8,626 nt of DNA. It comes from Trichoplax adhaerens (lineage: Eukaryota > Animalia > Placozoa). Position numbers and translations under genes: made by a program. The notes below the pieces were generated by a model. The model was not told the DNA's origin. It searched no databases and was given only the letters and a program-made list of their open reading frames with translations. This document shows, in pieces, positions 1 through 8,626 of the stretch; within the stretch, counting starts at the first letter, position 1, and each line of letters begins with the position of its first letter. The stretch spans positions 1 through 8,626 of the forward strand of contig NW_002061172.1 in NCBI RefSeq assembly GCF_000150275.1, read 5' to 3'.

Positions 1-1169
1 TTTTAGCTGCTGCTAACTTCCTGCTAATGATATTAATTATATCTGAGTAACAAAATAAAATCACCTAATCATTCAACGTTGGATAGCACAGCAAATGATG
101 TTTGTGAGACTAAATCTAAATTCGATTAATTCTGTATCTGATAGATTTGAACATTCATTGAAATGAAAACGTTGCTATACACATACAGCCTCTACTTAGA
201 TTTGGTTCTATGCAATATTGTCGTTGATTTTGATTTGTATCGTAAACTAAATTTTCTTATGCGAAATACAATGGAATTAGACTTAGGCCTGAAATTAATG
301 ATATTGAGTCAGCTGTGTTTTAATGTACAGTCATGGTGTTAGTACAAAGGATGTACAAGCTTCAGGCTTGCAGGAAATTCTAGTAATTGTAGAATTTCAT
401 TCTAATACAATGCAATAGAAATTATATTCTGTAGTTGGAGAGATTTTTGTTAACGAGAATTCCGTAATAACCTGTTTACTTCGAATTATTTATGATTAGA
501 ATTTTTGAACAATTCAAAGAACCATATCTTTTTGCATAAAATTAACAAAATCACACACCAATCGAAGCAACTTTCGAAAAGAAGTTCGTATGGCGAAAGC
601 TCACATGCTATACCTGTATTCGTGATTGCAAGTATTAAGTATACTTCACAAATGTCGCAAGATAAATTCTACCTAAATTGACTTTGTTTGTAATGAAATA
701 CAAAAGATAGATATAATGGAAAATTACTACCAGAATACTTCTTTATGAATATGCAGGTGCTATTTAATTAAGTGCATATGGCTAACGCTGCAACATCAGT
801 ATTGCTTATATATTTATTATTTTTAAATAGATATTTTACTTTTCCTGTCGTAAGTCGAAACAGCAGATAAGTAATCACTAACAGATTTAATTTTTGAACT
901 TAGATTTCAAAGTTTAAGTAATTCCATTACGTATCAAAATTAAGCATCCCTTTCATATTGCATGTTACACTAATGAATAGATCAGTTTTTTAAAACATCA
1001 ATGATCGGGCATTTTTCTAACAATATTGTTGCCATTAAACTTCGCAAAAATAGTTGTTAGAACCAAGTACAGAAATGATTTCATAAATTAAGCATATTGT
1101 TTACCAAATAACCCATAATTATATTGCATAAGAATTAATACTAGTAAAGAAGACTTCGTACATTTAACA

Positions 1170-1175
1170 TTTATT
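1170..1175 (-). promoter_or_regulatory. Candidate polyadenylation signal (AATAAA on minus strand) for the integrase-like gene
   Basis: TTTATT on the + strand, about 335 nt past the stop. Variant ATTAAA sites at 1462-1467 and 1225-1230 are alternatives. Confidence 0.25.
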
Positions 1176-1509
1176 ACAGCTTTTGGCTAAACAAATGTTA
1201 AGATTGCCGGTTTCTTCGGAAAGCTTTAATCAAATCAAATATTACGAGTAACTCAATATAGTAATAATAAGTTATATGGTCTACTCTATAATAATCTTTT
1301 ACAGTATTTATGCATAATGTCTGAAGGTATATCATTAATATTGTGTATGATTGCACGTACAATTCTGAGAAACTATCTCTACCATGTCGAGTTAGCTTAG
1401 AAGGTCTTTATAGGAAGTAGCATTTTGCACAGATGGCGGATAAAGGGTTTCATTCTTAATTTTTAATAACAGTACCGCTATATTCTAACACGGAATCAGT
1501 GATCTTATT

Positions 1510-2764
1510 CTAATTATACCTTGACGATACGATCTCATTTTCATTTTGTACCAAGTTAAGTTCCTGCTTAGGTCGAACAATTAATTCAGCAGGTAATGCA
1601 CCATGGATCATTCTAACTGCTGGCTTACAACCGAACATTGCTTCGTATGGAGTGCGACCAATAATCGGATGTAATCTGTTATTTATTTGCCACTGAATGT
1701 ATGATAATCTTATACTCCATTTCATATTGGCTTCAAAATCTGATTGCGAAGTCGTTAATAATGATTGGACTATATTTATAGTAGTATCCACGGAATTTTG
1801 GAGATTTGAATGCATTGTGTCACTATAGACTAATCTACAATATGGCCACATGCGGCTTAACTCGTCTAGAACCTGTAACATATACAGTAAAAGCTTATTA
1901 CCGTACATCAAGATAAAATATATATGTGATATGAAAGACAACATTTTAGAAGTAATAACTATGAACATACGTCTCTAATACTAATAAGTATCTTAATTTT
2001 TGACCTCTTTTGCAAATTTTGGTCCATGTACAGTTTGAAGAATTACTGGAGCGCCAATGTCACAAATTATTTGCGCTAACTGATCTGCAACTTCTAACGA
2101 TGTATTAGTTTTTAAAGCCTTAAGTTTCGTAAAATTGGTAAGTTGGTCTTGGTAAACTAGAATATATCGCAGGTCATCTTGATGGAGAATACCCATATCC
2201 AATACCTCTATCTAGCGGATAATGATTCCGATAATTACCGTAACTTAATGGAAATTTTAATACCTGTTGTCTTACCTGGCACCTTGAAAAAGCGTTATAA
2301 GATTTACGTTCAGAGATTACTGATTTACGCTTGTTTTTGTGATCTTTCGCAGTACAAATACGACATAGCTGCTTGTAAATAAGTAAATGTTTTCTCGTTA
2401 TGTTAGCGTACTGCTTGGCCAATATCCCATTCATTTTATTGCGCCCGCCATGGTTTGCTTGGATATGTATAGAGTGAATAATATCAAATATGTCTTCAAT
2501 TGCAACAAATTGTTTATTTGTTCCCTTAATAAATAATTTTAAACTATTATCCTGACTATCATGCGAAACCAAACGGACTTCATATCGCTTGAGGATGTGA
2601 TAATCGTAGGAGGACTTAGCCTGTAACTTATCCGCTACCAGTTGTTGCAATCGATTTGCAATCATGTTGTATTTATTTCTAGTTAATGACCAAGCGCTAG
2701 TTTTTAAATCACGAAATTTGGCAACTTCTGTGTCAAATTCTATTCGTAATTCTTCATCCATCAT
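1510..2764 (-). CDS. KRBA2/SCAND3-like integrase-domain protein (H2C2 zinc finger + rve-like integrase core), 3 coding exons: 2764-2276, 2211-2005, 1872-1510; ~352 aa; catalytic DDE degenerate
   Basis: Spliced translation reads ...IHSIHIQANHGGRNKM...YANITR...LCRIC...FSRCQ|IEVLDM...RYILVYQDQLTNF...GAPVILQTVHGPKFAKE|VLDELSRMWP...HSNLQNSVD...KWSIRLSYIQWQINNRLHPIIGRTPYEAMFGCKP. This is colinear with the recalled KRBA2/SCAND3/Ginger2 consensus (HGGR..YANIT..CxxC; SRCQVDLIDM; ILVYQDHLTKF; GAPxILQSDNGREF; WP; HSQSQGSVE; SPYEAMFG). Both junctions are GT-AG and phase 0. An in-frame TAG lies 6 nt upstream of the ATG, and the stop is TAG at 1512-1510. Confidence 0.9.
1873..2004 (-). other. Spliceosomal intron 2 (132 nt, phase 0) of the integrase-like gene
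   Basis: Donor GAG|GTCAAA (weak) and acceptor TGTTACAG|GTT, with an AT-rich interior containing an in-frame stop. Removal gives 36 residues between the second and third catalytic positions, as in my recalled family consensus. Confidence 0.82.
2212..2275 (-). other. Spliceosomal intron 1 (64 nt, phase 0) of the integrase-like gene
   Basis: Donor CAG|GTAAGA and acceptor CCGCTAG|ATA. Removal converts RCQ-VRQQ... into RCQ-IEVLDM, matching the family motif RCQ-V[DE]L[IL]DM. Confidence 0.88.
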
Positions 2765-5331
2765 TGCAAACTATGAATGTCCTCCAGATTGCGTCCTATA
2801 TAACAAATTAAATGTAAAATATAATCAGAAATGATTCTACATACCTTCTTGATAACATTCATACGAGAAACAAAATTTATGAAAGAGCTATTCAACGTAA
2901 TTAATTAACGTATTACTCTACTTTTAACACTTGCACTTCTAATATTCTTCGCTACCTTATTAGTACAAGTTATTACCCAAACTAGAATAGATAATTATAA
3001 TTATGCTATACGTATGCTCGTATGGAAGCTTGACGCTACCCTTAGCGAATAGAAAACATAGCATCGTAGTTAAATTAATTTCTAATCTTTGAGTTAAGAA
3101 AATTAAAAGCACAGTCTCCACTGTGTTGTAATGGACGAATGGCAATAGTAGAGTGTCTAGGCATGTTGTAACAAGTTTGTATTATCATTCTTTACTGTTT
3201 AGCGACAATATAGTTTAGTTTTGGCAAGTGTACATAACAAAAGAAAGCATGCCAACGCTGGAATCAATTCCGAATAGAATTCAAGTCTTCACTTTATTCT
3301 GACACACATACTTGAATGTTAAGACACTACATGCCATAATGACATTTACTCTACGAATATTTATTAAACCATGCGTCAGTATAGTAAAATATCGGTAGAT
3401 AAAATAACAGTATAACATCATCTGTCTACTCCAATATGTATTATACGCGTATATGTTACTGTATCTTACAAAACTAATACTATTCCACAGATCCTTTTGA
3501 AGTTCTAAACTGTCGTATCATAGGTCTGTACGAGCTATCTAGCTTGCGTTTGTTCAGTAGTTTCGTATTTAGTGAAATTAACGATTTTCCAACACCAACA
3601 GATCGATACTAAAGAATAAGATACAGTACTATCAAGAAGACGCTACATTGCTGAATTTTGACATCATTCTTGCGTCTCTCTTCTACCGTGCAAAGTCGTC
3701 GTTCTTATTGAAGGAAAGTTCGTCTCGCTCTAATTATCTGATAGTTTAGAAACATTTGCACGCTACTCTCTAATGCAGGTATCTTGAAGTCTATGCGCTG
3801 ATTTATTACCTGCTGTATGATCCCTTAGTAATTTAATGTTATCTAATGCACAGACTGACCGCAACTTGTAAGAGTCCAATATACAACTTACAATTTTCTT
3901 TATTTCGTCGTCAACCTATACTTTGCAATCTCACAAGCTTTCTCCTTACGCCGTCGCGAGGATTCTAGGACTGTTCTCGATTTCCGGTGTTTCTGTAATT
4001 TATAGTTGGCATACTGTACTGTACACAGTACTCCCGAGTTTTTACAGTGTGCACTATACAGCCTGTTTATTTATTGACAGACCTGTTATTCAAAAATTGA
4101 CGAGACTAGACTATATATTAAGTATAGGCATATGAAATATTATGTGTACTAGTAGGCGATAGCTTTCACACTCTGGTATAAAATTGATAGGTCTTTTCAT
4201 TATTTAAAGTATCCTGAGAAGGATTTCTGCAACGTGAAAAGAATATAAATACGCTACTGTAGGTAAAGTACTTTTGAAGTATTGATTTATATTGCACAGT
4301 GTTATAACGCAATCATGTTGACTTACAGAATGCTACTGAAAAACGCTATTTAAAATGATTTTACATTTACTATAGTCTTACTGTACTTTACATTCACATA
4401 TCTAGTAACAATCCGTCGCAATCATAACGTTAAGAAAATAGCTACACTACCGTCTGTCTTCAACTATTCTGTTGTAAGTCATTGCCCAACCTGTGAGTGC
4501 ATGCAGATTCTTTTACCAGACCTTTCAATACTGCCAAAAATTGGCGGATAAAACTCCTTCAGAATCTCACAATAATAAGTTTACCACAAACACAATTGTG
4601 GTACTGAAAACTTTCTAAATTTAAAAGTAAAGCTACTTCTAAGTTAGTTGCTACTTAGCGCCTCTAGTCACTACGGCCTACATGTAGTACAGTAGTTGTA
4701 CTTTAGTTAGCTAAGTTATCATTTAGTAAAACGATTATACCTTTTAATATTGCATCCAGATTCATACGTTACGTTATAGTGAAGAGCTATCAGCGATTAT
4801 TGTCGGAGTACCTACAACCGATCAGACTTTCATTTCCCAGAACATATATCATAACAATATTAAGCATAAAAATTCCAATAATGACAAGGATTCATGTTAT
4901 CAAGGCATAGAAATGGTTATTAATTATTCTAAAACGACTTGAAATAGATTAAAGTCTACTACTGAATAGCATCATGAAGGTTTTATTTTACATTTATTGT
5001 TCATTTTCTACTAATTGTAAACTATGTGCCTTGTCACAAAATCTGTTTCACTAACTCTTCTCAATGCACTTTATTAACATTAACGATGTGATCACGTTTA
5101 TTCTTCAAAAATATCATAGACGTTTTCAATTTCGAAAAAGCCTGCAATCTTTATTCGGTAGTAAGGATAACATATTCATGTAAATCACAGATACAATGCC
5201 TTGAAGAATGTGCTATTTCTAAATAAATCACGTTAAATCTAATACCTAAATTACTAACTGAATGATTCTAACGTTGAATGAACTACGTATTCTTTTAAGA
5301 CTTTAACAGGGCAGTCATTCTGACAGTTTAA

Positions 5332-5351
5332 AAAATATTTGCAAATATTTT
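5332..5351. repeat. Perfect 20-bp palindrome AAAATATTTGCAAATATTTT
   Basis: Read directly from the sequence: 10-bp arms with no spacer, centred between 5341 and 5342. Confidence 0.8.
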
Positions 5352-6873
5352 ATGCCAAAGTCGACGGAACGCTTTATTGTTCTCAAAAGGCATTCTATAA
5401 ATAAATGCAATTAGCGATAAAGAGAATATTAAATTTCGCGAACTTACTAGGACCAGCAATTTGCTAAAATTTAATCTTCTGATTTTCTATAGTCGAACAA
5501 CTTGTGATTGAGGACATAAGTACTCTACGACTGCTATCATAAACAAGTGAGAAAATAACTTTGATACTAAAATCTATTATAGGTATAGTAAATACAGTAC
5601 ATGCTCTTCCATAATCTAGTTTTCGGCATTCTTCCCATAGTACCAACGTCGTCGACGGCGACGCCATCATTTCTGAAATATATCAATTTTAATTAACATT
5701 AGAGTACATCGCTTACTTTAATGCTATAAATCTAAGAATTTCCGGAACTCCGGTAAATAAATTACAATGTACTGGGGTAAAAATAGAAACTGAAGTCTAA
5801 CGTTAAGATAGACTGATGTTTAGATTTATACCATAAACCAATAAACTAAATTTTAAGACTCTTTACCAGAATCTAAGTTTTCCTTTTATATAGGGGTAAA
5901 ATTATAATTTTAGTTAATATTACCTGTGATTTATCACCATCTTTTCCATTCCAACTTTACAGTAATTAAATTAATTTTATGCGAAATAGTTAGCAATTTA
6001 TTGTTTGTGTTCTTTGTCTTACAAAGTTGAAACAGTATATTATAACAAAAATTATATAATTTGAGATTTGATAAATACTTGTGTGATATATACCGATCAC
6101 GAAATTCCAAATTTTAATAAAATAAGGGCTTTATTGAATCTTATACAAAGATTAACTACACAGCTGTACTCTAGTCGAATACTACTAATAAAGACTTCTA
6201 CAACGAACTAACAAAATAATCTAAAGTTACATGCTTTTTATACTTTTCGTAGCATTCGCAGCTACAATCCGTATGCAACCTTTTACCTTATTTTACACAT
6301 AGTTAAATTATTCTTAGTAACACAATTTTACTGCGGACCATCATTAATCCGATATAGATACGAATACAGTATTTACGTAGACATTATTCACACCAGCCAA
6401 AGTACAATAAATTAACCATATCCTAATATATGATTTACAGTTTTATTTTTACCTATAACCTTATTAGTAACTCAACACCTTACTGTACAGTATATAGTCA
6501 TCTGTACTCTAGCATAGAGTCTATACCACTACAGTCAATAGTTATGGCTACCAAATATCTCTTAGGATAAATATAGAAGTTACTCTACCGTACATTATAC
6601 TTAGCATGACTGAGAGTCTACAATCACAATACTAAGTTACATTACAACTTGGTACTTATTTTTATGTAAAGAAAACATAAAGATAACCTATGCTAAAGCA
6701 TTTCATATAGTCTTCAGTTGATTTTCGTCAGGTGAAATCGTTCTCGCATTAACGTTTTTGTTCTAATGAATTGACCTTTTTAAATTGTAATCTGTATCCA
6801 AAAGTTGCCTCATCTTTTACTTTAAATATTTAGATTATTAAGATAGCAAAATTTACTTCGATAATATCCTATA

Positions 6874-7806
6874 ATGAATAACTCCACGTCCTCCAGTTCG
6901 GCTTTACTATCTATGGCCGCTGGCATGACCGCAGTTTCAATTTTTGGGATAATTGGTAACTTCCTACTGCTTTTGGTAATTATTCGCTCAAAAAAATTGC
7001 TTGATCCGACATACCTCTTTATTATTAATGTAGCAGCCTCTGATCTGACTACATCGATACAAGTATTCGTCGTTAACTTTTTCAGTTTAACTAACATACC
7101 GTTAAGTAATTTTGCCTGGTCCATATTTTGTAAAGTTCTTTCATTCGTCTATTATGCTTCATTACTTACATCTTCGTTCAGTTTGGCATTAATAAGCCTA
7201 TATCGACTCAAAATGGTTTCAGACCCCATTCATTTTCGTTCAACATCATTCATATACAAGCATCGTTCAAAATGGATGATTGCGATATGGACAGTGAGTT
7301 TCTCAATTTCTATTCCTGGTTTTCCTTTAACAACTTATAACAGCGATTTCAAAACTTGTATGACAGGATCTTCATTCAATCCAATACTTAATCAAACTTT
7401 TTATGCAGTAGTTATGATAGTGGGATACGTCATACCCGCAATTGTGATGTTATTTTGCTATGTTAAGATATTTCGCAAGCTACTGTCACGAGTAAAACAA
7501 GCAGAGCAAAAAAATAGAAGAAGTCAGATAAATCGATCTCTTAATGCAGTAAAATTTATGGTAGTGACATCATCAGTTTACATGATTTTAATATTACCTT
7601 TCGGTATATTTATGGCAGGCATAACACAAGTAAATACTACTCAATTTGATTCATCAACAACAAATTCACCGTTATCGGTAGCATTCACATATATTACTGG
7701 AGTTGGTTACTTAAAATGTCTAATAAATCCAATTCTATTTTTGTTTTTTGATAAAAACATAAGATCAAACCTCGTTAGAATTCTGCCTATCAAAAACTAC
7801 AGCTAG
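6874..7806 (+). CDS. Class A (rhodopsin-like) 7TM G-protein-coupled receptor, orphan, single coding exon, 310 aa
   Basis: Seven hydrophobic segments carry class A anchors: N-terminal N-glycosylation sequons (NNST), GN29 (1.50), NVAASD57 (2.50), C86 (3.25) with ECL2 C162, R111 (3.50), W139 (4.50), P188/Y196 (5.50/5.58), basic ICL3, P242 (6.50), N285-P286 (7.49/7.50) and helix 8 DKNIRSNL. Confidence 0.95.
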   Translation: MNNSTSSSSALLSMAAGMTAVSIFGIIGNFLLLLVIIRSKKLLDPTYLFIINVAASDLTTSIQVFVVNFFSLTNIPLSNFAWSIFCKVLSFVYYASLLTSSFSLALISLYRLKMVSDPIHFRSTSFIYKHRSKWMIAIWTVSFSISIPGFPLTTYNSDFKTCMTGSSFNPILNQTFYAVVMIVGYVIPAIVMLFCYVKIFRKLLSRVKQAEQKNRRSQINRSLNAVKFMVVTSSVYMILILPFGIFMAGITQVNTTQFDSSTTNSPLSVAFTYITGVGYLKCLINPILFLFFDKNIRSNLVRILPIKNYS

Positions 7807-7869
7807 ACTGCTTTACTGCGATCTTTGCTATCTTTTCTAATTACTGCAAGTTTAGAGTCTTACTAGTAG

Positions 7870-7875
7870 AATAAA
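7870..7875 (+). promoter_or_regulatory. Candidate polyadenylation signal (AATAAA) for the GPCR gene
   Basis: First AATAAA after the stop codon, about 64 nt downstream. The hexamer is common in AT-rich DNA, so support is weak. Confidence 0.35.
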
Positions 7876-8626
7876 TTTCCAATAGCTATTAAACTGATTG
7901 AATATTTGATTATCCTACGAGTTGCAAAGATATTCTAGCGGCAGAGAGGAATACCAGTGCATCACAGTCAGAGTTGCAATTAACGTTTAGATCAATCAAA
8001 ATAAATAGAAGATAATGTGTGTTAGTATTTATGGTTCATTATCTGACTACCATCTAACGTTACGTTCAATAATTTGTGGGATATTACTAGCTAGCAGAAA
8101 CACACAGTAGTCAAAGATTTACTCCAAAATGAACTAATAGTATGGCCGCTGGTATTTGATGTATATGAAACGGCAAAATATCATGTAATAGTTTAAAGCT
8201 AGTATTTCTACCATAATTTACTGATGCATTCACTACGCTAATTTAATTTATACAACGTTACTACCTGAAAGGGATGTAACAAAGCTATACAAGGTGGTAA
8301 TTACGGTAACATAAGAATAATACATTTTCTCTTATCTATATGGATATGAGAATAGAACATTCTTAGTCAACATTATTTTTCCTTGTCTATACGTGAAATC
8401 TTTTGTTACTGGCAGCTACATGTTATAGATGTAATACATAACCGTCATTCTTTGATAAGAATCAACGAAAAAGCTTTTCACGAACAATTAAGACAACACT
8501 TGAATCGAATGGAACACTGCTTATTTTAAGAACATCTTTATAAGCATCTTTCACCAAAAGTCGTCACTTTCATTTGATACACCTATGGTAAAACAGTCAT
8601 TCAACGGTACGAAATACAAAATTTGA

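Noticed and set aside
374-398. Inverted repeat GAAATTCTA-N7-TAGAATTTC, and the 12-bp palindrome TACTGTACAGTA at 6481-6492
   Set aside because: Short AT-rich stems are expected by chance, and there is no supporting context.
1393-1519. Possible fourth coding exon via donor AG|GTATAA just before the stop
   Set aside because: Nearby acceptors imply implausibly short introns and lead to stops almost immediately. It cannot be supported without transcripts.
1993-2276. Frameshifted pseudogene or programmed frameshift explaining the split ORFs
   Set aside because: Both breaks are bounded by GT...AG, and removing them restores family motifs and spacing with no leftover residues.
2179-2382. 67-aa plus-strand ORF
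   Set aside because: It is antisense to the integrase-like gene and has no recognisable features.
1510-2764. Active LTR retrotransposon or autonomous DNA transposon
   Set aside because: No gag, protease, RT or RNase H, no LTR or TIR visible by eye, and the DDE triad is substituted.
4354-4551. Stop-free plus frame with a hydrophobic run and a CPTCEC motif
   Set aside because: It has no early ATG, no convincing splice context and no family I can recognise. A BLASTx hit would be needed to revive it.
2960-5670. Short ORFs 2960-3145 (-), 3923-4135 (+) and 5464-5670 (-)
   Set aside because: They are 61-70 aa, two start with TTG (not expected in a eukaryote), and none shows a domain signature.
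6822-7124. 100-aa minus-strand ORF
   Set aside because: It is the antisense shadow of the GPCR coding sequence and has no recognisable motif.
7708-7716. Opsin, suggested by a lysine in TM7
   Set aside because: The retinal-binding Lys is at 7.43. Here 7.43 is Tyr279 and the Lys is at 7.45.
8141-8152. 12-nt match TATGGCCGCTGG to the GPCR 5' end (6913-6924), suggesting a paralog relic
   Set aside because: Similarity does not extend, the frame stops after five codons, and 12-mer matches arise by chance in a window of this size.

Overview
AT-rich eukaryotic (animal) genomic DNA with two divergently oriented genes about 4.1 kb apart. (1) Minus strand: three ORF-track fragments are not separate genes. 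They join through two short GT-AG introns into one ~352-aa protein, complement(join(1510..1872,2005..2211,2276..2764)). It is a KRBA2/SCAND3-like (Ginger2/Tdd-type) integrase with an intact H2C2 zinc-binding motif, but all three DDE catalytic positions are substituted (E/V/D). This makes it a candidate domesticated, catalytically dead transposase. (2) Plus strand: an intronless 310-aa class A (rhodopsin-like) orphan GPCR at 6874..7806 with several altered activation motifs and a Lys at position 7.45. Composition, tiny introns and the GPCR type suggest a compact early-branching animal genome such as a placozoan (inference only). I found no RNA genes, CRISPR arrays or terminal repeats by eye.
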